64,000 nucleotides of DNA from Haliotis rubra (Eukaryota): assembly GCF_003918875.1 (NCBI RefSeq), contig NW_025766956.1, positions 558,001 through 622,000 of the forward strand, written 5' to 3'. Numbering within the stretch: the first letter of the stretch is position 1; every line of letters begins with the position of its first letter. The notes below the pieces were generated by a model that saw nothing but the letters and a program-made list of their open reading frames with translations, did no database searches and was not told where the DNA came from. Made by a program: the position numbers and the translations under genes. Shown here piece by piece: positions 13,650-26,927 of the stretch.

Positions 13650-13997
13650 GGCGGCGGGGTAGCCGAGTGGTTAAAACGTTCGCCCTTCACGCCAGAGACC
13701 CGGGTTCGATTCTCCACATGGGTGCAATGTATGAAGCCGATTCTGGTGTCCCATGATATTGCTGGGGTATTGCTAAAAGTGGCGTAAAACTAACTCACTC
13801 ACACAGTATATGGATGGATATCATGAAATGAGTGACTGACTTAGTTTAGTTTTACGCCGCTTTTAGAAATATTCCAGCAACATCACGGCGGGGGACACCA
13901 GAAATGGGCTTCACACATTGTGCCCATGTGGGGAATCGAACCCGGGTCTTCGGCGTGACGAGCCAACACTTTAACCACTAGGCTACCCCACCGGCCC
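13650..13997. mobile_element. tail-to-tail inverted pair of family A SINEs
   Basis: + copy 13650-13802 and - copy 13830-13997 (TSD ATCATGAAATGA), about 30 bp apart. Confidence 0.85.
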
Positions 13998-14207
13998 ATC
14001 ATGAAATGAAACAGCACACCCCCGTGAAACCTACGCGCAACCCACGCCAAACCATCTGCCAAGGAATGTAAATGACAGACAAGCACTCGTTAAACAGTCA
14101 ACCTTTAGATAAGATAAACGCATTATTGACAGGACGATCCCTATGCGCGTGTAAAATGTGACACACCTTCGCCAACACATGAAACAAATGTTGAAGTTAA
14201 TAAACTA

Positions 14208-15936
14208 CACTCTTCAAAAAAAAAAAAAGAAAAAAAAAGAAACGCACAATCGCTTTCAGCAGTTCATTTCGATATATTTTGACAGCAACCGTCATTAAGA
14301 CAATTCCTATGTTTGAATCCTGTTAATCATATCGTGGTTGTTGTGTAGTGGGCGCAAACGCATCACAAAATGTGTTTGTAAACGTTTGTCATAATAAATT
14401 AAACAATGGATGAAAAGTGCATGCAGAAGAAGTTTTCGACTTCAAACATCGACTTCAAAAGGCCAAAATAAATTCATTACGAAATTTACGACGTAAACGA
14501 AGACAAAACAAATGCAAGATTGAATGCTACTGACCTAAATATCGCCAATGGACGTGTGGAAGCAGGGGAGTCCCAGTCTGCCGTTGCAAGACACTCGAAC
14601 GTTCATCACATCACCATATCTCAATTATGGCATCGATATACCAGCTTCAATTCGACCCAAGATCGTACCAGAAGTGGAAGACCAAAGAGTGACCACTCGT
14701 GCCTAGGACCGATTCATCCGGGTTTTTCACCTTCGTCACCGATTTGCTACAGCAACGGCCACTGCAGGACATGCAGGTGCCTGGTCTTCGAAGAATGTCC
14801 GACCAAACAATCGTCTGAGAGGAGTTGGAATTTGAGCATATCGGCCAAAAGTTGAACCTGTCCTGACACGACTACACTGACAACGACGTGGACAAATGAA
14901 TAGCGTTTACTCCTGCAACGACGGGGTGGGACACAACGTGTCTATCGTCGACACGAACGTCTTGCGCCAAACTGCGTTCGACAGGTGGACAGATTTGGTG
15001 AAGAGCGCGTCATGGTGTGGGGAGCCATGTCCTACAAGGGTAGATCAGAGCTAGTAGTGGTTCAAGGCAAACTTACAGCAAATAGCTACATCGACCAAAC
15101 CTGCGACCTCACCTCCTCCCAGAGGGAGCTGTTTTAACATGACATCGATCGACCCCACAAGGCTCGTGTAACAGGTGCCTATCTTGACAAACGTCAATGT
15201 CCTTCCCTGGCATTCCAAATCGCCTGATATGAGGTGAGTTGAATTGGGATTTAACGTGCATGTGTGTGTATGAGCAGCTGCTTGTACTAGCCCAGATTTA
15301 AGCCGGTTTTATAGTGCTAGCTCACTGAGAAACCAAGCGCAGTTAAGCATGAATACCCCACTCAGACACATTATACTGACCCCGAGCCGACCAGTCCTTG
15401 TTATACCCATTAATGCCAAGCGCCAGACAGAGACCAATAAGTACCATATTTTAACGTCTGTTGGTATGACGCGGCCGGGGATCGAACTCGCGACCTTTCG
15501 CTCTCCGGGCGGACGCTCTAACCACCACACCACGGAGGCGGTCCGCCTGATCTAAACTGATCGAGCATCTATGGGTGGACTTCATCGACGCGTCGGTAAA
15601 CGTCACCATCCTCCTAAGACACTTGCAGAACGGGTTGCAGGAGGAATGGCGAAGATTGCCCCAAGCAAAAATCCGACGACTTGTGCAATCCCTTCCTAGG
15701 CGGTGTCGTGCAGTCACGGGATGGTGTCACCAGGTACTGACCTGAATGCCCCCTAGTGTCCACACGTGCAGTAGTTAAGTGAACTGAATTAATGCTGACA
15801 ATGACAACAATTCATATGTTCATCCGTGCGTCGAATTCATGTCTTCATCTATGTTTAATCGAATTATGCACACGTAAAAACGTTTAATACATCTCCTTAT
15901 TTTTTACCTGTACGTTTCTTTTTTTCTTGAAGAGTT
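14208..15936 (+). mobile_element. decayed Tc1/mariner transposon
   Basis: TA-flanked terminal repeats CACTCTTCAAAAA..GAAACG / CGTTTC..TTGAAGAGT. Frameshifted transposase with HTH (NIANGRVEAGESQSAVAR..RSGRP), VMVWGA and W.SKSPDL..IEHLW; the last motif is split by a SINE. Confidence 0.85.
15231..15543 (-). mobile_element. tRNA-headed SINE, family C, nested in the Tc1 element
   Basis: Head GACCGCCTCCGTGGTG..GTTCGATCCC on the - strand; TSD CGCCTGAT. Confidence 0.85.
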
Positions 15937-16009
15937 TATTCTGGATAATGACATTCACAACAGGAGGAAAGATATCATTATTACAAAACTATGTTTCTCG
16001 ACTGTGACC

Positions 16010-16015
16010 TATAAA
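16010..16015 (+). promoter_or_regulatory. TATA box candidate for WAP-antistasin copy 1
   Basis: TATAAA 67 nt upstream of the ATG, at the position where the other copies carry AGATAAGATT. Confidence 0.5.
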
Positions 16016-16076
16016 GATTTGGAAACGAGCCTGTTAATCAGGACCAGATTGTGACACAAATCGACGAACAGGGAGA

Positions 16077-19000
16077 ATGTTGCAGCTTTTCGTAGCAGGT
16101 CTGGTGGCGGCAGCCGTTATTGTCGAGTCTGCCGGTAATTCGTTTATGTCGACTGTAGAGTCTGTTAGGGAAAACCAAGTTCTATGGATAGTCAACTTCT
16201 TTATTGCAATGAGTGCGACGTTTCGGTGCAGGTACTAACACCGTTATCATCACCGTTACCTACTATTAATTCCAGAGGTAGCAATACACCGTTCTGAACT
16301 GATGACCCTTGAGCAAATGAGATTACTAATTCTGTAAAGTTAAATGGATTCTTCAAACACTGACAATCACAATTCGTTATTATTTTTTGTTAACGATATG
16401 AACAGGAAAAATGTTGATATCAGCTCGGCGGGTTTTTGAGTTGTATATTCATGTTTACAAATGAACATTTGCTTTGTTTTATGGTATACTATTTTATTGG
16501 ACACTATAACTTGATGGATGGTTTACTGTTGATTTACATTCATGTTGACACGTTCTTAAGCGGGTTTTTTCAAGAACTGGTGACCTGTTATCAAACGTGA
16601 ACCAAGGTAAATAGAACGTCTTGACAGAACCGATTCCTAGGAAACGCTTATCATGTACCTCTGTATATAATGGCACCCAGAGACACCCATCATTGGACCT
16701 ACATTGGATTAACACGAAATCCCAATACATTTTATGATTGGATTGTTCCAACACAGTACTTCACTTCTTTCCAGATGTAGTTTGTCAAATATATATAAAT
16801 GTTTCATATTCTCCCTGCTACCAGATGTGTGCCCGACTGACCCCCCGGGCCTGGTGTATGCGTGTGCCAATAGGCCACAGTGTTTGGGGGACAGGTCCTG
16901 CGGGTCAGGTCACAAGTGTTGTCCCCACATCTGCGGCTCCCGATGTTTCCAGACAGGTAGGTGTATGTGTTCAGATGGGTAGGTGTGTGTGTTCAGGTGG
17001 GTAGGTGTATCTGTTCAGATGGGTAGGTGTATGTGTCCAGATGGGTAGATGTATGTGTTAAGATGAGTAGGTGTATGTGTCCAGATGTGCAGGTGTATGT
17101 GCTCAGATGGGTAGGTGTATGTGTCCAGATGGGTAGGTGCATGTCCAGATGGTTAGCTGCATGTGTTCAGGTGGGTAGGTGTATCTGTTCAGATGGGTAG
17201 GTGTATGTGTCCAGATGGTGTATGTGTGGTAGGTGTATGTCCAGATGGTGTATGTGTCCAGATGTAGGTGTGTCCAGATGGGTAGGTGTATGTGTCCAGA
17301 TGGGTAGGTGCATGTGTTCAGATGGGTAGGTGTATGTGTCCAGATGGGTAGGTGTATGTGTTCAGATGGGTAGGTGTATGTGTCCAGATGGGTAGGTGTA
17401 TGTGTTAAGATGGGTAAGTGTATGTGCTCAGATAGTAGGTGTATGTGTTCAGATGGGTGTGTGTATGTGTCCAGATGGGTAGGTGTATATGTCCAGATGG
17501 GTAGGTGTATGTGTCCAGATGGGTAGGTGTATGTGTCCAGATGGGTGTGTATGTGTCCAGATGGGTAGGTGTATGTGTCCAGATGGGTAGGTGTATGTGT
17601 CCAGATGGGTAGGTGTATGTGTCCAGATGGGTAGGTGTATGTGTCAGATGGGGGTGTATATGGTGTAGGTGTATGTGTTCAGATGGGTAGGTGTATGTGT
17701 TCAGATGGGTAGGTGTATGTGTCCAGATGGGTAGGTGTATGTGTCAGATGCAGGTGTATCAGATGGGGTGTGTATGTGTCCAGATGGGTAGGTGTATGTG
17801 TCCATACGTGTTCCAGACAGGTAGGTGTATGTGTCCAGATGGGTAGGTGTATGTGTCCAGATGGGTAGGTGTATGTGTCCAGATGGGTAGGTGTATGTGT
17901 CCAGATGGGTAGGTGTATGTGTTCAGATGGGTAGGTGTATGTGTCCAGATGTGTAGGTGTATATGTGTCCAGATGGGTAGGTGTATATGTCCAGATGGGT
18001 AGGTGTATATGTCCAGATGTGTAGGTGTATGTGTCCAGATGGGTAGGTGTATGTGTCCAGATGGGTAGGTGTATGTGTTCAGATGTTAGGTGTATGTGTC
18101 CAGATGGGTAGGTGTATGTGTTCAGATGGGTAGGTGTATGTGTCCAGATGGGTAGGTGTATGTGTTCAGATGGTTAGGTGTATGTGTCCAGATGGGTAGG
18201 TGTATGTGTCCAGATGTGTAGGTGTATATGTTCAGATGGGTAGGTATATGTGTTCAGATGTGTAGGTATATGTGTTCAGATGGGTAGGTGTATGTGTCCA
18301 GATGTGTAGATGTATGTGTCCAGATGGGTAGAAGTATGTGTTCAGATGGGTAGATTTATCAGCATACCATACCAATATGAGTATTGTGTATATGGGGATG
18401 GATTACTGTGTGTAACAACAAACGGGGTCATATATTGGTCTGAAACAGCAGTATGATTTCAGATTTAGAAATGAAACAGGAAGTCATCACTATCTGGTGT
18501 TAAGATTGTATTATGTACGCTTGTAACCAGATGATATAGTACACCCGTTCGTGTCTTTTCCAGTTCACTGCGACCCGATCGACTGCGGTTCTCTCACGTG
18601 TAACTACGGCTTCCAGCCAGACAGTCGAGGTTGCAAGTCGTGCACCTGCAGGACATGTACGTTACGTTCCACATGTGATGAGTGATTGATGGAGTTTTTT
18701 TAACGCCACAGCATTTAAGTTTTATAAAAGCTTGTCATGGTACATGCTTTCAGGGGAGGGTGATTTGTAGACGGAACGTGGCGCAGACTGACCACGGCTT
18801 ATCTGTGATTTGAACCCACGACTAACAGCTCTTGGCAGCTGTGGGGACCAAATATGTATGAAATAAACTTGAATCCCAAATTTCACCAAATCCCCTAAAT
18901 GGTTTCTCTCACATTTAACAGACCAACAAACAACAGACCCCAACTATAAGGGTCCAAGTTAGAGATGTTCCTCCCACTGAAGCACAGGAGCTGATTTAAG

Positions 19001-19526
19001 GTTATTTCCAGGGGAGACGATTAAATATATTTAACGAACATAACATGTGGGGTGATACAATGTGGTCTTTGCATCTTTCAGCAAAACCATGCACTACCGT
19101 AAGTACCCAGTATTTTCTTGTCTATTGTCTAAGGACTTTCATGTCGTGCAGTGTAATGTAAGAACACCGCTTTGAACAATATTTCCGTGTTATCATGAGT
19201 GAGAGATTAATGTCAGGGAAAGTTAGTGGTGCAAGTTATAGAAGTCATCACATTGGTGGAACTCAAGAACTCTCTATGGTGCCTACGAACGAAGGTCGTC
19301 ATCAGTACAAATGTAAGGTCAGAACCCATGATCAGATCAAATCCCGTTAGAGCTAAGGGACACAACTCTGTACGCCAATTGTGACATCAAGACCACAGAA
19401 AACATTTCTTTCATTACGTCATAAGCATGTTATATTTTGTTGTTGTGGGAAGGCATCGCATTCAGTCATGTTTCTTTCTGTTTCTCCCTTCAGTTGCTGT
19501 GTAGGCTGAGTGAAACTCTGGGATGA
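16077..19526 (+). CDS. secreted WAP + antistasin-domain protein, copy 1 (110 aa)
   Basis: Exons 16077-16134, 16825-16956, 18564-18656, 19082-19098, 19494-19526, all GT-AG with consistent phase. MLQLFVAGLVAAAVIVESA-DVCPTDPPGLVYACANRPQCLGDRSCGSGHKCCPHICGSRCFQT-VHCDPIDCGSLTCNYGFQPDSRGCKSCTCRT-SKPCTT-LLCRLSETLG*. AATAAA at 19563. Confidence 0.9.
16957..18355. repeat. 22-bp minisatellite in intron 2 of copy 1
   Basis: Unit CCAGATGGGTAGGTGTATGTGT, ~60 units, starting at the exon-2 donor. Confidence 0.95.
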
Positions 19527-20564
19527 GGTCATCGCTCACAGGACAAGACCATGTGAAAGATGAATAAATCGAGAACTATTTGTATTTGGTCATTTAGCAA
19601 AGGCCCCGTAGCCTCAGCTTGTCGTAAGACGGGAGTAAATCATCCAGATGAACTTCTGTGTCATCATACCCGACATTGTGGGTTATTGCTCAAATTGTTT
19701 ATCACTGGATCGTCTGGTCCAGTGTGATTTAACTACAGGCTTCTATGATATGGAACCGCGATATTAAGGAGTGTGTCGTCGTATATTAAATATTTTTAAA
19801 ATGGCGATGTAGTAGACTAGTTGTTAGCCAATTCAACGTTGATTTAACACAGGATATAAGGTAGTATTACAGTAGCATAGCTCTACACATAGGGAGCAGA
19901 CAGTCTCGTGCTGCACTTCAACATGTGTGTTTGTGCGTGATCTGGAGGAGTACCTGTATTAACTAGGAACTGGTGACAGACAGTATACAGGTATTGAGTA
20001 TGCATCGGTTTCGTCAACATAACAGACGGTGTTGGTTTCCTAGACAGCCTGAATTAAGGCGTTAGTCGACGTCAATCACGTCAGCGAAATCCACACTTAT
20101 TGTATTGGCGGTCATAATCAAGGGTCAGCTGTGATTCGAACAGGAACAGGAACAGGAACAGCCACCTAATGCATCTCTGCACCTCGAAATGGTGAGCGTT
20201 TGACTATTTCGCCCAGTCGTACTTGTGATGAGTGGGTTAGTTGACTTCTTGCGTACAGCGGACACGGTAATTAATATGAAGGCCTTTTGTGAATTCTGTT
20301 AATTCCAAGCGGTTGCCAGGATGATGTTGTGTGTCATCATCTCCTGACGCAATGGAGCGCACGTTAAGCGACTTGTTTGCCTTCTCCAGACTCGGCAGTC
20401 CCTAAACCCACACACTCTGGATTGGTCATAGCATGACAGAGTTCACACATTTTCATTTCACTTCAGTGTAACAACCCTTTTCGCCGGAACTGTTTCTATT
20501 TTCAGTCTGTTTTCTGAAAAGACGACAGTAAGAACATTCAAAACGAATAAAACACATACGTTGT

Positions 20565-21243
20565 CGTACCAATTTCAATGATAAGTCTCTGAACACAAGG
20601 TCAATCTTCATGGGCGACAATGCCATGCCAACTATGCAGTTGATGATTTCCTGCGTCAAGAGGCAGTAGACACACAACCTTGGCCCGCTGGGGAGTCCCA
20701 GATCTCAATCTCATTGAGCATGTTTGGGAATACGTCGGTGAGATCCGCAGTACAAAATCTTGATTTATTGGAACAAGCCTTCCATCAAGAATTGAACGCA
20801 ATACCTGAACGTCAAATTCAACGTCTGATACATTCAGCGAGGAGAAGGGTCAGACATGTTATAATACTTGGAGGAGGTTACACCGGATATTGACACTGTG
20901 CTCAGTTACTGAACATTATGTGATTTCTTGAGGATTGTACGCAAGAATCTTGAAAATTGTCGCACTTTTTAACGCCTTTCGACCATTATTATCAGCATTA
21001 CAAAGAGAGTAATTTTTGCAAAGTTTGCTTATTGAATAAACTACATTTTATTACTCACTGAGACTTTATGCAGAAGGTAAGCAAAATTGAGGTTTGGATA
21101 GTTGGTTAGCTGTTTTAACGCCCGCATTCAGCAATATTCCAGCTATATGGTGGTGAGGTTTAGATAAGTTCATTTGCTTTAGTTATTGGTAACATTTTGA
21201 TGCTATGAAAATATGTGGTGTTGCGATACTTTGTTCATGTGTA
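20565..21243 (+). mobile_element. Tc1/mariner 3' fragment
   Basis: IFMGDNA and PDLNLIEHVW motifs; absent from the paralogous flank after copy 3 (~42415). Confidence 0.7.
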
Positions 21244-21463
21244 TATCGTACATTTCTTGAAAATATCCAAATATATTTTAAGTCAACAAGCTATTTCTGT
21301 ATAGATAAGTCTTAAACTACAGGGCAGTGACAATCATTACTAGAATAATGTCAAGGTCAAATATTTGTATATTGTCTACTTCAGCTAAGATAAGATTGGA
21401 GACTTTTTGTCGACATTTAAGGTACCAACTGTATAAACCGAACACGCTGAAAAGACATTGAGG

Positions 21464-24400
21464 ATGTTGCATCTTCTGGTAGCAGGACTGGTTGCGACAG
21501 TCGTTATTGTCGAGTCAGCGGGTAATTATTTTTGACTTTTGTTTAATGTACTGTGTCTATTGTAATGTGTCTGTTGTACCGACTTCATTGTCAGAGGTGT
21601 GCTAAGGGAACTATCGCATCTATTGGGTAAACACGGCGAATGGCGAGGCATTTGCATACGTGTGGGTGACTACTTCCGGTGTAGATTTATGACTTCCTAT
21701 TTTAGGAATCATCTTTTTTCTGAACAACGGAACGGTTTTATCAGATTGGCATGTATTTATTGATATGGAACGAATAGTACTACATTTATCCATAAAGAAT
21801 GTCTATATTGAAAATATGTATCCTGTATCAATTCATGGACGGTTGGTGGTGGGGTAGCCGATTGGTTATAGCATTCGGTTTCGAATCCCCACATGGGTAC
21901 AATGTGTGAAGGCCATTTCTCGTGTTGCCCACCGTGATATTGCTGGAATATTGCGGACAGCGACGTACGACTAAAAAGTACTCACTTGACGAAATTTCTT
22001 TGTTTTGTTGTTGTTGTTGTTTGTGTTTGTTTTGTTGTTGTATTTTGGGTTTTTTTGTGATGTTTTTGGGGTGGGTGTGTGTGGGTGGGTTTGAACTCCG
22101 AGGTTATAGCTAGGTGTTCAGGTGAACTTTCGAATCACCCAGTCATCCCTTCTATATTATTGATATGAGTGAGCTAAACATTCAAACCTGCATATCTGAT
22201 TATTGTATTTCGAAAAGAAGTAACCCGGTTTGTTCCGTATGTAAAAGATAAATGTCATGCGATTGTATGTTTCATGACATTAACATTTGTTTCTATGTTA
22301 TTGGAGAATCTTTAATACAAACTGACTGGTGAACTTTTGATCGAGACTGTCACTCGGTGTTAGTCTGCATTCCTTCTCACATGTTCTGAAGGGTAATGTG
22401 GCCAAGAAACGTGAACTGTTATCACCGTGAAGGAAGGTAGGTTGGATGTCTCTTTAGAAATGCAGATTCCAAGAAAGGAGTAAAACGTAAAAGAAATATA
22501 AAGCGCACTCTTTAACACATAAGTTAATTCGGCATTCACACATGCGGCTCACTTGAAATGACTTTCTGGGTCAGATGATAACTTTCATAAGTCCAATTTA
22601 TCATCCCACTTAGCCTGGAACCACTAGCTGCTTAAGTTTCGTTAATGAAGTGACGTCACCATCTCAACCTCTCTCAACCGCACAAATCTTACCCCGCTCA
22701 TGAATGTAAGTTGATTCGACGGCTATTTATAGTGCCGTGGAAATTGGATAGTCCACAATACAAAGATATTGTACTGGCTTGTTATTTTACAACGGAAGAA
22801 CGATATATACCTAGGATAACAGACGACGAGGATCTATGCCTCCATCTGTAATATTCCCATTGTTCTCCCCATGAAACTCATTGAGTAATCGCCAACAGAC
22901 TAAATACTGAAGGATAATACAAAGTCCAACAGATGATGTATGTAGATCACCCGAAGCTTATTGAAATGGACATCTTCTGTCACTGATTGGAATGATAGGA
23001 GCCCTGTTGTCATATATAAACACCTGTAAACGTGTATATTAATCCCAGTCAAAATGGGTCTTGTTTGTCTGGTCAAAACCATGTTATATCAACGTTGCTC
23101 CTTCCAGACGTGTGTCCGACTGACCCACCAGGCACGGTGTATGCGTGTATTTACATGCCCAAGTGCTTCGCAGACGGGACCTGTGGAGCAGGGCAGAGGT
23201 GTTGTCCTCACATCTGCGGCGCCCACTGTGTGACAATTGGTAGGTACATGTGTTCAGATAATCAGGAACATGTATCCCGACAGGTAGGTGTCCAGGTAGG
23301 TGATACATGATCATGGCGCCTCGTACTGGCTTCGACCCGTGAAGGTCCGGGTTAGAATATTGATTTTCAGTAACCCATGCTTGTCGTAAGACGCGACTAA
23401 CGGGATCGGGTGGTCAGGCTCGCTGACTTGGTTGACAAATCTCACCGGTTCCCAGTTGCGCAGATCGATGCTCATGTTGTTGATCACAGGATTGTCTGGT
23501 CCGGACTCGATTATTTACAGACCGCCGCCATATAGCTGGAATACTGCTGAGTGCGGCGTGAAACTAAACTCACTCACTCACTCGTACTGGCTTAGAAAAC
23601 GTGGAACTACTTGGAGGAATTTATTAGTATGTTGCTATGAAACAGTTTCAGAACTAGTAAAGTTATCACTATCCTGTATTAAACATTTTTTATGTACGTT
23701 TGTAAACAGATGATATAGAACACCCCTTACTTGTCCTTTCCAGTTCACTGCGATCCGATCGACTGCGGTTCAGTCACGTGTACCTACGGCTTCCAGCCAG
23801 ACAGTCGAGGTTGCAAGACGTGCACCTGCAGGACATGTACGTTCCGAATGTGACGAGTGATTGGTGACGTTATTGTAATCCCGCCGCATTGCATTTATGC
23901 ATTAGCATATCAGGGTGAATGGTATAGGGGAAGGTGATTTGAAGACAGACCACGGCTTATCTGTGATTTGAACCCACGACTAACAGCTCTTGACAGCTGT
24001 GTGGACCCTACATATGTGCAATAATTTTGAACACTAAATTTCACAATTTCTCAAAAATGGCTTCTCTCACTTTTAACAGACCGCCTCCGAGGTGTAGTGG
24101 TTAGAGCGTCCGCCCGGAGAGCAGAAGGTCGCGGGTTCGATCCCCGACCGCGTCAAACCAAAAGACGTTAAAATATGGTACTTGTTGGTCCCTGTCTGGC
24201 ACTCGGCATTAATGGGTACATCAAGAACTGGTCGGCTCAGAGTCAGTATAATGTGTCTGAGTGGGGTATTCATGCTTCACTGCGGCATGGTATCTAAGTG
24301 GGCTAGCACTATAAAACCAGCTTAAGTCTGGGCTAGTACAAGCAGCCGCACATACACATACAGTCATACACATGCATGCACGTCGTCATATGAGCGAAAT

Positions 24401-25619
24401 TCTCAAGCACGACGTAAAACCCACTTTCACCTCGCCTTTTAACACCGATTGACAGAAACTACAACAGACCCTAACTATAAGGATCTACACTTGGGGCGTT
24501 CCTCCCGCAGAAGTTAATTTAAGGTTATTCCAAGGGGAGACGATTATATAATCATTTCATGAATATATCCATAAGGACTTGTACTGGGCAATTAAACTTT
24601 TGTTTTTTCCTTTTTCAGCAAAACCATGCACTACCGTAAGTACTTATTTCCCACTTGGTTCTGAACACTTCTAGTACAGTGTAATAACAGGAGGAAATTG
24701 ATTTAACGCCTCTTTGAACACTAATTTTGTTATATCAGAGGTGCCATCAGCAGAGCTACGCGACACAGCAAATTGTGGAACGAAGACCACAAGTGTCCCT
24801 TTGGAAGAAACAATTATCATAATTTACTCTGACGTATTGCATATTTCCTTTCATTAAGCCACACCCCGTGGAGATTCCGGCTCAGCATAGGCCCTCATCA
24901 ATGTGTGGGTCGTAAGAGGCGAATAACATGTCAGGTGGTCGGATGGATGCGATTATTTACAGGCCGCTGTCACAAAGCTGGACCATATCTTGTTTTGGTG
25001 TTAAACAACATTACATAAAAAACAAAACAACACCCCACCATACAAACACGCACAGTCACATGCACAGGCCTACCATAAAAACGGTTAACAAATCCTCAAA
25101 ACTGAACTCATATACACCAGAACAGAACAAAAGTCACCAAACTAGGAAAATAAACTTCCAAAACTGCAACAATTTCCTCTAAAACCGAAACAAACGCATC
25201 TGTAATGGAAACTAATCGTTGGAAATGGAAACAAAACTTGCGTATCAGGTACAAGAGCGCCCAAGAACGGTCGCCGAGCGTACAAAACGGCGGTCATAGC
25301 ATCCCAAAACGGCAGTCATAGCATCCCAAAACGGCATAAAAATCGTCAAAGATGGCGGCGCGTGGAGACGAACAGGTTTTGGTAAATAATGGGTCTAATC
25401 ACTATGGGTCTAATCTTGAAAATTTGATATCGGGATGATATAGCGCATCAACCCCCTATTAAAGTAAGCTTCAAACCTATGTCCATACTTCTCAGTGTCA
25501 GGCTTGCGATTCTGCACAATGTGGTCCCTTGTATGGTAAGCCTGATGCGTATATCTTTTATTCATCCTTCTGTCTGTTCCCTTCAGTTGCAGTGTCTCCT
25601 GAGTGGATCTCTGGGATAA
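21464..25619 (+). CDS. secreted WAP + antistasin-domain protein, copy 2 (110 aa)
   Basis: Exons 21464-21521, 23108-23239, 23744-23836, 24619-24635, 25587-25619. MLHLLVAGLVATVVIVESA-DVCPTDPPGTVYACIYMPKCFADGTCGAGQRCCPHICGAHCVTI-VHCDPIDCGSVTCTYGFQPDSRGCKTCTCRT-SKPCTT-LQCLLSGSLG*. AATAAA at 25696. Confidence 0.9.
23334..23580 (+). mobile_element. family B retroposon in intron 2 of copy 2
   Basis: Full length, GACCC start, TSD CTCGTACTGGCTT. Confidence 0.85.
24079..24436 (+). mobile_element. SINE family C in intron 3 of copy 2
   Basis: TSD CTTTTAACA; empty site visible in the paralogous introns of copies 1 and 4. Confidence 0.88.
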
Positions 25620-26927
25620 GGACGTCACTGGTGTAGACACGACCATCGAGCCTCTCTGTCATCTCGTTTTGCGACATTCCATGTTGTGAACTCGGAATAA
25701 ACAAAGAAATGTGTCCTCTTGTTCCCAGGTTAGAATAGGCACCGGTTTGCATGTCATAAGATGCAACTAAATGGGGCACGTGATCTACGTACACGCATGG
25801 TCTATTCTGTGTTGCCACACCAGACCATGTGTTTTAGCATATATGGCTGTATGTTGGTAGACAGTATACACAGCCCGCCGTGGTTGAAGCCTCGCGCCTG
25901 TATGTTGGTAGACAGTATACACAGCCCGTCGTGGTTGTACCTCGCGCCTGTATGTTGGTAAACAGTATACACAGCCCGTCGTGGTTGAAGCCTCGCGCCT
26001 GTATGTTGGTTGCCAGTGACATGGATCTTTGCTTGACATGTGAGAGTATACATCCCATGTTTTATGTTGGTTGAAACGAAACAAACAAGGAATAGTTCCT
26101 CGATGGTTACGTATTTCACAACAATTTCCTCTAAAACCGAAACAAACGCATCTGTAATGGAAACTAATCGTTGGAAATGGAAACAAAACTTGCGTATCAG
26201 GTACAAGAGCGCCCAAGAAAGGTCGCCGAGCGTACAAAACGGCGGTCATAGCATCCCAAAACGGCATAAAAATCGTCAAAGATGGCGGCGCGTGGAGACG
26301 AACAGGTTTTGGTAAATAATGGGTCTAATCACTATGGGTCTAATCTTGAAAATTTGATATCGGGATGATATAGCGCATCAACCCCCTATTATAGTAAGCT
26401 TCAAACCTATGTCCATACTTCTCAGTGTCAGGCTTGCGATTCTGCACGACCATCGAGCCTCTCTGTCATCTCGTTTTGCGACATTCCATGTTGTGAACTC
26501 GGAATAAACAAAGAAATGTGTCCTCTTGTTCCCAGGTTAGAATAGGTACCGGTTTGCATGTCATAAGATGCAACTACATGGGGCACGTGATCTACGTACA
26601 CGCATGGTCTATTCTGTGTTGCCACACCAGACCATGTGTTTTAGCATATATGGCTGTATGTTGGTAGACAGTATACACAGCCCGCCGTGGTTGAAGCCTC
26701 GCGCCTGTATGTTGGTAGACAGTATACACAGCCCGTCGTGGTTGTACCTCGCGCCTGTATGTTGGTAAACAGTATACACAGCCCGTCGTGGTTGAAGCCT
26801 CGCGCCTGTATGTTGGTTGCCAGTGACATGGATCTTTGCTTGACATGTGAGAGTATACATCCCATGTTTTATGTTGGTTGAAACGAAACAAACAAGGAAT
26901 AGTTCCTCGATGGTTACGTACTTCACA
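25168..26927. repeat. tandem duplication around the last exon of copy 2; each half has ~3 units of the 51-bp minisatellite
   Basis: 25168-25517 matches 26119-26447, and 25638-26119 matches 26446-26927; the second half lacks 25518-25637 (the exon-5 segment). Confidence 0.9.

Noticed and set aside
16077-19526. Naming the array genes perlwapin, lustrin, crustin or antistasin
   Set aside because: Those proteins have different domain architectures; no symbol can be supported without a search.
24079-24152. tRNA-like sequences at SINE heads (also 45039, 2365 and others)
   Set aside because: They continue into SINE bodies with tails and TSDs; not tRNA genes.
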